From the NCBI GenBank assembly GCA_017610175.1, contig JAFCCO010000012.1, forward strand, positions 1 to 47,499: a DNA stretch of 47,499 nt, in the 5' to 3' direction. The stretch comes from Candidatus Iainarchaeum sp. GTDB lineage: Archaea > Iainarchaeota > Iainarchaeia > Iainarchaeales > GCA-2688035. Of this stretch, positions 35,961 to 46,080 are shown piece by piece. A program made the position numbers and the translations under genes. The notes under the pieces were generated by a model, which did no database searches, was not told the origin of the DNA, and saw nothing but the letters and a program-made list of their open reading frames with translations. Each line of letters starts with the position of its first letter. Position 1 is the first letter of the stretch.

Positions 35961-36077
35961 AAGCCCACCTAAAAAATTCAGTTATTATTAAATAAATAAT
36001 AACCTGAAAGAAATATTCCAAAGAGAATAGCCGGTTGCTTGCTTGGATTTAAATGGCTTTGCGTTTTCTGTTTTTAC

Positions 36078-36824
36078 ATGGATATAGTGCAGGCAATTTT
36101 GCTCGGGGTGCTGCAGGGGCTTACCGAATGGCTTCCAATCAGCAGCCAGGGGCAGGTTTCGGCAGTTGCTCTTGCGCTTTTCTCAATTCCGCCCGAGCAG
36201 GCGTTAAATGACGCAATATTTTTGCACATTGGAACCATGATTGCCGCAGCGGCATATTTTAGGAGAGAGCTTTCAAGCATTTTAAGGCCTGAGAATCGGC
36301 AGCTGCTTTATTTTATTGCAACCGCGTTAATCGGAAGCGCAATAACCGCTGTTCCCGCTTTTTTGTTTCTCAGAATGGTTTCGCAGAGTGGATTTGCACT
36401 GCTTATACTGATTGGAATTGGGCTGATTTTTACGGGCGCAATACAGCTTCGGAAAAAGATTTCACAGCCAAAGGAAAACATCGGAAGCGGTTTTCTCACA
36501 GGGCTGGCGCAGGGGCTTGCGGTTATTCCTGGAATAAGCAGAAGCGGAGTTACCACTGCAGCGCTTTTGTTTGAGGACTTTGACCCCGAGCAGGCGTTTA
36601 GGCTTTCTTTCCTTCTCAGTGTGCCATCTGTTTTTTTGGCAGAGATTTTGTTCATCGGAGTCAAGGGGGCTGAATTCCACCCGCTTATTCTTGTTTCAAT
36701 TGCAATTGCGGCAATAGTTGGATATGTTACAATTGACGTTTTGATTACCGTTGCAAGAAAGATAAATTTCGCAAAGTTCTGCATTGCATTCGGAGTAATT
36801 TACATCGCACTTGCTTTCATTTAA
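36078..36824 (+). CDS. uppP: Undecaprenyl-diphosphate phosphatase UppP/BacA
   Basis: GVLQGLTEWLPISS.G, PGISRSG.T, SFLLSVP. Confidence 0.92.
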   Translation: MDIVQAILLGVLQGLTEWLPISSQGQVSAVALALFSIPPEQALNDAIFLHIGTMIAAAAYFRRELSSILRPENRQLLYFIATALIGSAITAVPAFLFLRMVSQSGFALLILIGIGLIFTGAIQLRKKISQPKENIGSGFLTGLAQGLAVIPGISRSGVTTAALLFEDFDPEQAFRLSFLLSVPSVFLAEILFIGVKGAEFHPLILVSIAIAAIVGYVTIDVLITVARKINFAKFCIAFGVIYIALAFI

Positions 36825-36860
36825 AAAAAGTTTCAAACCCCATTTGAAGCGGTGATTTTT

Positions 36861-37274
36861 ATGGATGAATGTATTTTCTGCAAAATTGCAAAAGGGGAAA
36901 TTCCAAGCACCAGGCTTTTTGAGAACGAGAAAGTGCTTGCCTTTCTTGACATAATGCCTGCTTCAAAGGGGCATGCGCTGGTTATCCCAAAAAAGCATTA
37001 CAGGGTTTTGCTTGACATGCCGCACGAGGAACTCAAAGAGGTAATGGAAGTAATCCAAAAAGTGGCAGGTGCGGTCATGAGCACGATTGATGGAACAGCC
37101 GGCTTTAATGTACTTCAGTCAAACGAGGAAATTGCGGGGCAGGTAATTCCGCATGTGCACTTTCACATAATTCCAAGAAGCGAGGGTGATAATCTTGACT
37201 TTTCGTGGGAGCATGGAAAGGCAGAGTTGGAAGAGCTTGCAAAGTATGCAGAGCTTGTGAAAAAAGGGATTTGA
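36861..37274 (+). CDS. HIT family nucleotide hydrolase
   Basis: CIFCKI, GHALVIPK.H, HVHFHIIPR. Confidence 0.95.
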   Translation: MDECIFCKIAKGEIPSTRLFENEKVLAFLDIMPASKGHALVIPKKHYRVLLDMPHEELKEVMEVIQKVAGAVMSTIDGTAGFNVLQSNEEIAGQVIPHVHFHIIPRSEGDNLDFSWEHGKAELEELAKYAELVKKGI

Positions 37275-38768
37275 TTAGGCGACTTTTTTGAAAAGCACTT
37301 CGCCTTTTTTTACCTTTGTGCCTGCCTTAAGCCTGTTGAATTCACAGTCGGCAAGAGAGCCTGGCTCTGCATTGAGTTGTGCATTAATCTTTTCGCTGGT
37401 TTCAGGAATGAACGGCTGCAGGAGGATTGCAATTATGCGAAGTGAGTCTGCAAGGGAGTAAAGGGCCTGTTCCTTTTCCTTGCCCTCAAGTTTCCATGGC
37501 TCTTTTTCGTTAACAAACTGGTTGCATGCCGCAACAAAGGCGAATATTTCCGCAAGCGCGTGATGCAGTTCAAGCCCTTCCATTAGTTTCTTGATTTTGC
37601 CAAGCTTGAGTTTCTTCTGCAAGTCCGAATCGGTCTTTGAATCCGGAACAACCCCTTCGAAAGACTTTTCAATGAGAACAATTGTCCTGTTAACCAAATT
37701 TCCCAAACCGTTTGCAAGCTCGTTGTTTAGGCGTTCAGTCATCGCTTCCTCGCTGAAATTGCCGTCCTGCCCGAACGGAACCTCTCTTAACAGAAAGTAC
37801 CGCAGAACGTCCGCACTGTACTTGTCACAAATCTCAACAGGGTCAACAACTGTTCCCTTGCTTTTGCTCATCTTTTCGCCGGACGCCGTGTTAATGAAAC
37901 CGTGTGCAAAAACCGTCTTTGGCAGTTCGATTCCCGCAGCCATAAGGATGCTGAACCAAATTGCTGTGTGGTGCCACAAAATATCCTTTCCAATCAGATG
38001 AATGTCCGCTGGCCAGAAATCTTTAAGCTCGTTCTTGGAATCAAGCGGAAAAGCGCCAACTCCTGAAACATAATTAATCAACGCGTTCATCCAGACGTAC
38101 TGTGTGTGCTTGTCGTTTATTGGAACAGGAATTCCCCAAGGCACATTTGCCCTGGAAACGCTCAAATCGTTCAATCCACCCTTAACGCGGTTGACTATTT
38201 CCTTGCGCTTTCCGGCGGGGAGAACTGAATTTGAATTTTTTTCAAGATAATCAAGAACCTTTTCAGTGTAGGCAGACATTTTGAAGAAGTAGGACTCTTC
38301 ACTAATCCACTCCGCTTTCTTTTCGTGTGTTGGGCAACAGCCCTCTTTCAGGTCCTTTTCAGTGTAGAATGTTTCACATTCGCTGCAGTACCATCCACTG
38401 TACTTTCCCAAATAGATTTCGCCCGAATCATGGATTTTCTTGAAAATTCCCTGCGAAACCTTCACATGATCCTCATCGGTTGTTCGAATAAACCTGTTGT
38501 GTGAAATGTTTAGTTTTTCACAAAGTTCCTTAAAGAAAACAACCATTTCATCCACATACTGCTTTGGTTCCTTTCCCGCCTTCTTTGCGCTTTTCTGGAT
38601 TTTGCTTCCGTGCTCGTCCGTTCCGGTCAGGAAAAAGACTTCCTTGCCAAGCAAACGGTTCCAGCGCGCAATGCAGTCGGCACAGACCTTTTCATAGGCA
38701 TGCCCAATGTGCGGCTTGCCGCTTGGATAGTCTATTGCTGTTGTGATGTAAAACTTGTCCTTGGACAT
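37275..38768 (-). CDS. metG: Methionyl-tRNA synthetase (short, one-knuckle type)
   Basis: YITTAIDY...PHIGHAYE, TGTDEHG, GKDI...H, KMSKS. Confidence 0.95.
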   Translation of the reverse strand: MSKDKFYITTAIDYPSGKPHIGHAYEKVCADCIARWNRLLGKEVFFLTGTDEHGSKIQKSAKKAGKEPKQYVDEMVVFFKELCEKLNISHNRFIRTTDEDHVKVSQGIFKKIHDSGEIYLGKYSGWYCSECETFYTEKDLKEGCCPTHEKKAEWISEESYFFKMSAYTEKVLDYLEKNSNSVLPAGKRKEIVNRVKGGLNDLSVSRANVPWGIPVPINDKHTQYVWMNALINYVSGVGAFPLDSKNELKDFWPADIHLIGKDILWHHTAIWFSILMAAGIELPKTVFAHGFINTASGEKMSKSKGTVVDPVEICDKYSADVLRYFLLREVPFGQDGNFSEEAMTERLNNELANGLGNLVNRTIVLIEKSFEGVVPDSKTDSDLQKKLKLGKIKKLMEGLELHHALAEIFAFVAACNQFVNEKEPWKLEGKEKEQALYSLADSLRIIAILLQPFIPETSEKINAQLNAEPGSLADCEFNRLKAGTKVKKGEVLFKKVA

Positions 38769-38839
38769 AAGGAATTTTAATCCTAAATACCTAATTTAAA
38801 TCAATTGCCCGTGCGATTTTCGTGCAAAACCTAAAATTA

Positions 38840-39056
38840 TGTTGATAACTTTTCACTTTCCACAGCCCCGCAAGCCATTTGAGTTTGAAAACTTAATTCA
38901 AAGAGGTTATTAATTCACTAGACTTATTTAGTATGCAATTATTTTTTTGCTCCAACACACATCCGGCACACATTTTCCAACACACCATTCAACAGAGGAA
39001 AAAATGCCTTCTTAAGGGGGAAAACAGTGGAAAAGTGGAAATATACTCTTGGAAAA
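38840..39056. other. Candidate replication origin (inverted GGAAA-core boxes around an AT-rich tract)
   Basis: 328 bp intergenic region before mcm with TTTCCAC/TTTTCCAA on the left and CAGAGGAAA, CAGTGGAAA, AGTGGAAA, TTGGAAAA plus a GGGGG run on the right. Confidence 0.45.
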
Positions 39057-39096
39057 CGAGTTTTAAGCAAGAAAAACCAATTCTATAGGTGCAGCC

Positions 39097-41229
39097 ATGG
39101 ACCGTGAGGAACGAAGCGTTGAGCGCGAAGCAGAGCAGGAAACAGAGCAAGAGGAAAATCCATACGTAGCCAAGTTTGTTGCATTCCTTGAAAGCGCATA
39201 CAAAAAGGAAATCGAAAGGCTTGTTCAGGAATACCCTGAAAAGCGAAGCATCAACATCGATTTCAAGGACCTGGAGGAGTTTGACTACGAGCTTGCCGAC
39301 GAATTGCTTGACAACCCGGACAATTTGCTTGAAGCCGCGGAATTGGCAGCCCAATTAATTGAGGTTCCAGCCCTTGACATTGAAAAATTTGCGCCACACT
39401 TAAGATTCTTTAACTTGCCCCAAGACCGGCAGCCGCTGGTAAGGGACGTTGGGTCACAGTATGTAAACAAGCTCATTTGCGTTGAGGGCGCAATTCGGCA
39501 GATAACTGATGCCATGCCGAAAATTACTGTTGCAACCTGGCAGTGCAGAAGATGCGGAAACACATACAACACACCCCAGGACACGCACGAACTAAAGACC
39601 CCTCCTTTCTGCGAATGCAGGCACAGGGACTTCACCCTTGTGCAGGAACACTCGGAATTTATAGATTACCAAAAAGTTGAGATTCAGGAACCCCTTGAAA
39701 AAATCAAGGGAAACGAGCAGGCGGCAGCGGTCGAAATTTTCCTAAGCGACGACCTTGTCCACCAGGTAAACGCAGGGCAAACGGTTAAATTCACCGGAAT
39801 TCTCAGGCTAAGGCAACCGAAGGGAAAAGAAACCGTTTTCGGGCGCTATATTGAGGCAATTCACGTAAATGAAACAGACAAGGAATTTGACGAATTTGAT
39901 ATTCTCCCCGAGGAAGCGGAGGAAATTAAGGCCCTTGCAAAGGATCCCAAGATTTACGAAAAACTTACAGCCAGCATTGCACCAAGCATTTTCGGGCACG
40001 ACGCAGTAAAGGAAAGCATTATCCTGCAGATGTTTGGGGGTGTAAAAAAGATTTTGCCCGGAGACCACTCAATAAGGGGAAACATTCACATCCTGCTAAT
40101 GGGTGATCCTGGAACAGGAAAGTCACAGCTTTTGACGGCAACAGACAAGCTTGCCCCAAAAAGCATTTACACCGCAGGAAGGACAACAAGCGGGATTGGA
40201 TTGACTGCTGCGGCTGTGAAGGACGATTTTGGGGAAGGGGGCTGGACACTTAAAGCAGGAGCGCTTGTTCTTAGTAGCGGCGGAATGTGCATGGCTGATG
40301 AGCTTGACAAGATGTCACCGGATGACCGGGTTGCGCTTCACGAAGCAATGGAACAGGGAATGGTTTCGGTTGCAAAGGCCGGAATTGTGACAAGATTCAA
40401 GGCGGACACAACCATTCTTGCGGCAGCAAACCCAAAGCACAACAGGTTTGACCCATACACCCCGTTCTCAGAGCAGATTAACATGCCGCCAAGCCTGATT
40501 AGCAGGTTTGACTTGTTCTTTATGATAAAGGATGTGCTGGACAGGACAAAAGACGAGCAAATCTCAAAGCACATTCTGGAAAGCCATCATGCAGGGGAAA
40601 TTATTGTACAAAACCGCAAAAAGGGAAAGAAAATTAGTGCCGAACAGCAGCAGCTAATCGATGAAAGGGTAAAGCCGGCAATTGACGCGGATTTGCTGAA
40701 AAGATACATTTCATACGCAAGGCAAAACACATTCCCTGTAATGATAAAGGATTCAATAAAAGCAATCGGAGATTTCTACATGGAACTGCGGGATATAGGC
40801 AGAAAGGAAGGCAGTTATGCCGCAACGCACAGGCAGCTTGAAGGACTTGTGAGAATAAGTGAGGCTTCGGCAAAGGTAAGGCTGTCAGACACGGTGGAAC
40901 TTGAGGACGCCGAGCGCGCAATAAGGCTTGTTAAAACCTGCCTTGAGGAAACGGTTACAGACCCTGAAACCGGAAAGATTGACTACGATATAATCGCATC
41001 CGGGCAGACGCACACGCAGATGACAAACTTAAAGAAGGTCCTTGATATTGTGAAAGGCATTATGAGGGAAGGCGAACTTGATGCCGCACCAATTGAACAG
41101 GTTATAGAGGAAGTTGGAGCCGCGGGAATTGAAAAGGACAAGGTGCACGACTTAATTGAAAAGCTTGTGAAGAAAGGGGATCTCTACAGGCCAAGGCACA
41201 AGTTCTTAAAACCGGTTCAGCGCGAGTAA
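39097..41229 (+). CDS. mcm: Replicative helicase MCM
   Basis: Zn finger CRRC..CEC, GDPGTGKSQ, DELDKM, AAANP, SRFDL, RQLEGL.R; no intein. Confidence 0.97.
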   Translation: MDREERSVEREAEQETEQEENPYVAKFVAFLESAYKKEIERLVQEYPEKRSINIDFKDLEEFDYELADELLDNPDNLLEAAELAAQLIEVPALDIEKFAPHLRFFNLPQDRQPLVRDVGSQYVNKLICVEGAIRQITDAMPKITVATWQCRRCGNTYNTPQDTHELKTPPFCECRHRDFTLVQEHSEFIDYQKVEIQEPLEKIKGNEQAAAVEIFLSDDLVHQVNAGQTVKFTGILRLRQPKGKETVFGRYIEAIHVNETDKEFDEFDILPEEAEEIKALAKDPKIYEKLTASIAPSIFGHDAVKESIILQMFGGVKKILPGDHSIRGNIHILLMGDPGTGKSQLLTATDKLAPKSIYTAGRTTSGIGLTAAAVKDDFGEGGWTLKAGALVLSSGGMCMADELDKMSPDDRVALHEAMEQGMVSVAKAGIVTRFKADTTILAAANPKHNRFDPYTPFSEQINMPPSLISRFDLFFMIKDVLDRTKDEQISKHILESHHAGEIIVQNRKKGKKISAEQQQLIDERVKPAIDADLLKRYISYARQNTFPVMIKDSIKAIGDFYMELRDIGRKEGSYAATHRQLEGLVRISEASAKVRLSDTVELEDAERAIRLVKTCLEETVTDPETGKIDYDIIASGQTHTQMTNLKKVLDIVKGIMREGELDAAPIEQVIEEVGAAGIEKDKVHDLIEKLVKKGDLYRPRHKFLKPVQRE

Positions 41230-41265
41230 AGCATTTTAAAAGCAGTTTAGCATTCAATTAATTGC

Positions 41266-42105
41266 ATGGAAAAAAACCTGATGCTAAGGCTTACAGTGCT
41301 GTTTGTTGTAACACAGGTCTTAGGAATTGCTGTCGCAACCAACCTAATTGGAATGCTTGAATCAGGCGAACTTGAAACAACAGGGATTGTGACCGAAAAC
41401 CCCGAGGACATTGAAAATGCCATTGGATTGATTGCATACATTCTCGCATCAACTGTTTTGTTCCTGATACTTCTTTACTTCTTTAAGGGAGCGCTGATAT
41501 TCAAAATACTTGAAACCTTTGTGGTATTTATGACTTCAGCACTTGTGTTCTCAATGTTCTTTCCAAGCGCCGAATTTGTTCTCGCAATCCTGCTTGTCTC
41601 CACAAGAATATTTTTATCAAAAAGCCTTCTGCTCAGAAACATGAGCGCAACAATATCGGTTGCGGCTGTTGGAGCAATAATCGGAACGCACCTGGGCGTA
41701 TTTCCCGTGCTGCTGTTCATTATACTGCTCTCAATTTACGATTTTATCGCGGTATTCAAAACAAAGCACATGGTTACCCTTGCAAAGGGAATCACAAAAA
41801 AGAACCTGGCATTTACTTTTGCAATCCCAAGCCCCGAACTAGAGCACCAGTTTGAGCTGGGAACAGGGGACATGGTTATCCCGCTGACATTTGCGGCAAG
41901 CGTTATGAATGCCTCTGCAATCAGCGGAGTTTCATACCCAATGTACCTAATTCCGGGTGCAATGATTTTGCTTGCGTCCCTTGCAGGATTGCTTTGGACA
42001 ATAGATTACAGCAGCAAAAATGTGGGAAAAGCGCTTCCGGCCCTTCCACCCCAAACAGTTCTGATGATTCTGATGTGGGGGCTGTTAAAATTAGCAGGCT
42101 TTTAA
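41266..42105 (+). CDS. Presenilin/signal peptide peptidase-like intramembrane aspartyl protease (A22)
   Basis: YD..AVFKTKHM, LGTGD, PALP. Confidence 0.92.
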   Translation: MEKNLMLRLTVLFVVTQVLGIAVATNLIGMLESGELETTGIVTENPEDIENAIGLIAYILASTVLFLILLYFFKGALIFKILETFVVFMTSALVFSMFFPSAEFVLAILLVSTRIFLSKSLLLRNMSATISVAAVGAIIGTHLGVFPVLLFIILLSIYDFIAVFKTKHMVTLAKGITKKNLAFTFAIPSPELEHQFELGTGDMVIPLTFAASVMNASAISGVSYPMYLIPGAMILLASLAGLLWTIDYSSKNVGKALPALPPQTVLMILMWGLLKLAGF

Positions 42106-42254
42106 GCGACCTTTTTTCTGGCAAGATTTGCACTGGCGTGGGCCGCCCTTACTGCGGCAAGCCTTTGCCTGTAAATCTTTTTTTTGCCCGGCTTTGGGGC
42201 AAGAGAAATCCTTTTTCTCAGCCTTGTTAAAATACTGTACGAACGCTTTGCCAT
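42102..42254 (-). CDS. Putative small basic protein (50 aa), not in the ORF track
   Basis: MAKRSYSILTRLRKRISLAPKPGKKKIYRQRLAAVRAAHASANLARKKVA*; GGGTGG upstream; fills the gap between genes. Confidence 0.55.
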   Translation of the reverse strand: MAKRSYSILTRLRKRISLAPKPGKKKIYRQRLAAVRAAHASANLARKKVA

Positions 42255-42297
42255 AACTGCCACCTTATATATTACCCTATTCCAAAGTTTTTAAACA

Positions 42298-42843
42298 TTA
42301 CAGCCCGAGCAAAACCTTTAGCCAGGGCAGTGTTTTAAGCCATGCAACCCCAAAAAAGCCAACCAATGCAACAAGCTCGTATCGCAAAAGTTTCCCGCCA
42401 AAAGCCGCAAGGAAGAACTTTTTCACATCATACCTGATAAGGCCTGCCGCAAGCCCAATAATATCAAACGGGAAAGGGGTGAATGCGCCAAGGAAAATTA
42501 AGGGGATTCCCTTGTCCGCAAGCTTTTCGCTCATTTCAAAAATTTTCTCAACACGCTTTTGGTCAAATTTCTGCAAAGTCTTTACCCCAATCATCCCAAA
42601 GATATAACCGGACATTTCACCCAAAGCTGCTGCAAGCGCAATAACCGCTCCAATTATTAGCACAAACAAAATGTTTGGTGCCCCGGCCGCAACAAGCAGC
42701 ACAACGGGCTCAACCGAAATCGGGAAAAAAAGCGAGGCATTTGCAATCAAGGCAAAAATGAACAGCGCAATTATGCCAAACGGCGACGCGTAAACAAACT
42801 CGGCGAGAGCGGTTGCGTTGTTAAGCAAAAGAGACAGGTCCAT
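42298..42843 (-). CDS. DedA/VTT (SNARE-associated) membrane protein
   Basis: AALGE.SGY..G, TPFPFD..G..AG, GK..RY. Confidence 0.85.
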   Translation of the reverse strand: MDLSLLLNNATALAEFVYASPFGIIALFIFALIANASLFFPISVEPVVLLVAAGAPNILFVLIIGAVIALAAALGEMSGYIFGMIGVKTLQKFDQKRVEKIFEMSEKLADKGIPLIFLGAFTPFPFDIIGLAAGLIRYDVKKFFLAAFGGKLLRYELVALVGFFGVAWLKTLPWLKVLLGL

Positions 42844-42927
42844 TGCACTTAATTACTGAAACCAGCTTAATAATGGTTTCTTATCCCTGTGCAAAGCTTA
42901 AAAAAGTCTTGGAGTAAGAATTACTTT

Positions 42928-43335
42928 ATGAAATACGAAGAAATGCTTGACAGGCTCTATGAGGCCCTGCCTGAAAGGACAAAGAAGCATGATAGGTTTG
43001 AATTCCCCGAAGCGCTTTCGTTTCTCCAGGGAAACAAAACCATAATCAAAAACTTCCCCACAATAGTGAAGGCAATCAACAGGGACGAAAAGCACCTGTT
43101 CAAGTTTATCACAAAGGAGACTGCAACAGCCGCAAGCGTTGATGAATCAGGAAGGCTTGTGCTGAACGGAAAGTTTTACCAGCAGCAGGTAAACGATTTG
43201 GTTAAGAGTTATTTTAAGCAATTCATCCTCTGCCCTGAATGCGACCGCCCTGACACAAAGGTTATTGAAAAACAGGGCATTAAGATGCTTAAATGCGAGG
43301 CATGCGGCGCCGTTTCAGCGGTTAAGGGGTTGTAA
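42928..43335 (+). CDS. eif2b: Translation initiation factor aIF2 beta subunit
   Basis: YEEMLDR, RFE.P, GNKT.I.NF, CPECDRPDT, CEACGA. Confidence 0.95.
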   Translation: MKYEEMLDRLYEALPERTKKHDRFEFPEALSFLQGNKTIIKNFPTIVKAINRDEKHLFKFITKETATAASVDESGRLVLNGKFYQQQVNDLVKSYFKQFILCPECDRPDTKVIEKQGIKMLKCEACGAVSAVKGL

Positions 43336-43339
43336 GCGC

Positions 43340-43636
43340 TTGCCAATTTTTCACAAGATTCACAGAAGCGCAGGCGAAAACGAGGTTCTGGCCATAGCTG
43401 ATTCTGAGCACATTGGAAAAACGCTTCGCAGAAACGGAATTGAATTTGTTGTCAGCGAAAAGTTTTACAGGGGCGAAGAGGTTTCAGAGGAAGAGCTAAG
43501 GCGTAAACTGCACGAGTTCACAAACATAAACCTTGTGGGCGAAAAAGTGGTTTCAATCGCAATAGAGGAGGGCCTGGCTTCAGAAGAACAGGTTATAAAG
43601 ATTGGCGGCATTAAACATTTGCAGGTATTTTCATAA
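43340..43636 (+). CDS. DUF424 family protein
   Basis: VLAIAD.E.IGK, FYRGE, INLVGEKVV..A, I.IGGI.H.Q. Confidence 0.85.
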   Translation: MPIFHKIHRSAGENEVLAIADSEHIGKTLRRNGIEFVVSEKFYRGEEVSEEELRRKLHEFTNINLVGEKVVSIAIEEGLASEEQVIKIGGIKHLQVFS

Positions 43637-43648
43637 TAAGTGATTAAC

Positions 43649-43993
43649 ATGGCATTCCACCGAAGAAACACAAGGAAGAAAAAGAAACCCAGCGCAGGCA
43701 CTGATGAAGTTGTAAGGGTAAGGCTCCCGCACAAGGATGAGGGTGAAATGTTCGGGGTAGTTATACAGCTGCACGGCTCAAACCAAATTAAAATACTCTG
43801 CAAGGACGGAGTGGAACGAATGTGCAGAATTCCCGGAAAAATGAGAAAGCGCGTGTGGATGCGGACAAACGACTTGGTCCTGGTAAAGCTCTGGGACTTT
43901 CAGCCAATCAAAGCAGACGTTGTCTGGAGATACATTGGAAACCAAGTTGAATGGCTCAAGAGAAATGGCTATGTTGAAGGGCTTCCAATCTGA
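43649..43993 (+). CDS. eif1a: Translation initiation factor aIF1A
   Basis: RVRLP, C.DG.ER..RIPGKM.KRVW, KADV.WRY. Confidence 0.95.
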   Translation: MAFHRRNTRKKKKPSAGTDEVVRVRLPHKDEGEMFGVVIQLHGSNQIKILCKDGVERMCRIPGKMRKRVWMRTNDLVLVKLWDFQPIKADVVWRYIGNQVEWLKRNGYVEGLPI

Positions 43994-44074
43994 TTTTAGT
44001 CAATTAGCCTTTTGCCTAACTAAAAAAAGCACTATTTAAATATCAGAGTGCACTATTAGTCCAGGTGATTTTGC

Positions 44075-46003
44075 ATGGATGTTAAATTTGAAATTGTAAT
44101 TACATTGCTTGCCGTTGCATCACTATTTGCACTGGCAGGGCTGGTTCAGCAGGAACCAATAGCCACTCCAATGGAGTTCAAGGAAATTCCGCGCTTTGAA
44201 AGCTACGATGCTTTGGAAGCGGCTTTTGCTAAAGCAAGGGATAGCGGAAGAGGATACGGAATATTTGAGGACTCAATCCTAACGACTACCGCAGCCCAAA
44301 AAAGTGCCGCTCCGGCTGCAGAAGCAGGCGGGCTTAACGGAGCAACCGACTACTCCAAAACCAACGTACAGGTTGAGGGAGTGGACGAAGCAGACATTGT
44401 GAAAACAGACGGAAAGTACATCTATGCATTCTCCAAAAACAAGCTGATAATAACAGACGCCTACCCAATTGAGTCGGCGGCAATAATCTCAAAGACAGAG
44501 CTTGAAAACACTTCCCCGATTGAAATGTTCATCGAGGGAAACAAGCTGCTTGTATTCGGAAACAAAAGAATAGATTATGAGGCAACACCCACCAGGCCGG
44601 AAATCGGAATGGCAGAAAGCATGATTGCACCATACCCCTACTACGGTAGCCGCATTGCAGTTCAGCTCTACAACATTTCAGACCCGACAAGCCCAGTTCT
44701 TGAAAAAGAAATCGAGTTTGAGGGAAACTACCTAACATCAAGGTTGATTGGAAGCAACGCATACTTTGTTGTAAACGCCTGGCCGCGATACGAAGTTTGC
44801 AAGGGAAACGAACCATGCCTAATCCCCCTAATGATTGAGGACGGGGTGGAAAGATTGATTGCAGAGCCAACAGACATAGGATACCTGCCGCCAATGCCGG
44901 TGGAAAGCTTTGTGACAATCGCCTCCATAAACCTTGAGTCAAAGGAACTGCAGAAGGAAACAATCGCAGGAAGCGCCAACAGCGTTTTTGCCTCAGCAGA
45001 CAACATATACCTTGCAGGCACAAACTGGAGCTTTCCGGAGATCCCGGTCATAAGGGAACCCGCGAGAATGATTATGGGCGACTTTGAGTCCACAGTAGTA
45101 AACAAATTCGGCCTCGACAAAGGAGAGATTGGATTCCTTGGGCAAGGAAGCGTTCCGGGACACATCCTGAACCAGTTTTCAATGGACGAATTTGAAGGCA
45201 ACTTCAGGATTGCGACAACAATTGGACGGAACGGTTCAAACAGCGTCTACGTCCTGAACAAGGAAATGGAATCAATTGGCAGCCTGGAAAACATTGCACC
45301 GGGCGAGAGCATCTTCTCCGCCAGGTTTATGGGCGCAAAGGCATACCTGGTTACGTTCAGAAAAACAGACCCCCTGTTTGTCATAGACCTTTCAGAGCCG
45401 GCAAACCCAAAAGTGCTTGGAAAATTGAAAATTCCGGGCTACTCGGATTACCTGCATCCAATTGATGAGACACACCTCATCGGCCTTGGAAAGGAAGCAG
45501 TAGAAGCGGCAAAAGGAGACTTTGCATGGTATCAGGGGCTGAAGCTGGCAATCTTCGACGTAAGCGACGTGGAAAACCCGATTGAAATGCACACCATTGA
45601 AATCGGAGACCGCGGAACAGAGAGTTACGCACTGAGGGACCACAAGGCATTCCTCTTTGACAGGGAAAAAGAACTTCTTGTGATTCCCATCACCCTTGCG
45701 GAGATTCCGGAAGAGCAGAAAAAGCCTTTGGATGAAGAACAGCAGTGGCCAAGCTACGGCGAATACACCTTCCAGGGAGCGTTCGTTTTCAACGTAACGC
45801 TTGAAAACGGCTTCACAGAAAGGGGAAGGATTACGCACGCCACAGCAGAGGACGAGCTAAAGAGAGGCTACTACTACGGCGGGAGCTACAGTGTGAAAAG
45901 GGCACTCTACATTGGAGACGTTCTCTACACACTCTCTGAAACTGCTTTGAAGGCAAACAGCCTTTCAACACTTGAGGAACTGAAGCGGTTTGCTTTTGAG
46001 TAA
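44075..46003 (+). CDS. Secreted beta-propeller domain protein (Beta_propel family)
   Basis: YSKTNVQVEGVDEADIVKTDG, LNQFSMDE, VTFRKTDPLFVIDL, GKLKIPGYSDYLHP. Confidence 0.9.
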   Translation: MDVKFEIVITLLAVASLFALAGLVQQEPIATPMEFKEIPRFESYDALEAAFAKARDSGRGYGIFEDSILTTTAAQKSAAPAAEAGGLNGATDYSKTNVQVEGVDEADIVKTDGKYIYAFSKNKLIITDAYPIESAAIISKTELENTSPIEMFIEGNKLLVFGNKRIDYEATPTRPEIGMAESMIAPYPYYGSRIAVQLYNISDPTSPVLEKEIEFEGNYLTSRLIGSNAYFVVNAWPRYEVCKGNEPCLIPLMIEDGVERLIAEPTDIGYLPPMPVESFVTIASINLESKELQKETIAGSANSVFASADNIYLAGTNWSFPEIPVIREPARMIMGDFESTVVNKFGLDKGEIGFLGQGSVPGHILNQFSMDEFEGNFRIATTIGRNGSNSVYVLNKEMESIGSLENIAPGESIFSARFMGAKAYLVTFRKTDPLFVIDLSEPANPKVLGKLKIPGYSDYLHPIDETHLIGLGKEAVEAAKGDFAWYQGLKLAIFDVSDVENPIEMHTIEIGDRGTESYALRDHKAFLFDREKELLVIPITLAEIPEEQKKPLDEEQQWPSYGEYTFQGAFVFNVTLENGFTERGRITHATAEDELKRGYYYGGSYSVKRALYIGDVLYTLSETALKANSLSTLEELKRFAFE

Positions 46004-46080
46004 ACCCTTCACCCCCTCCCCTTCTTTTTTTTTCAGCGCAGGCTTTTTATATAATAAGTGATTAAATTAATAATAACAAT

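Noticed and set aside
39097-41229. Intein in MCM
   Set aside because: Length is normal (710 aa), the motifs are contiguous and no splicing motifs are present
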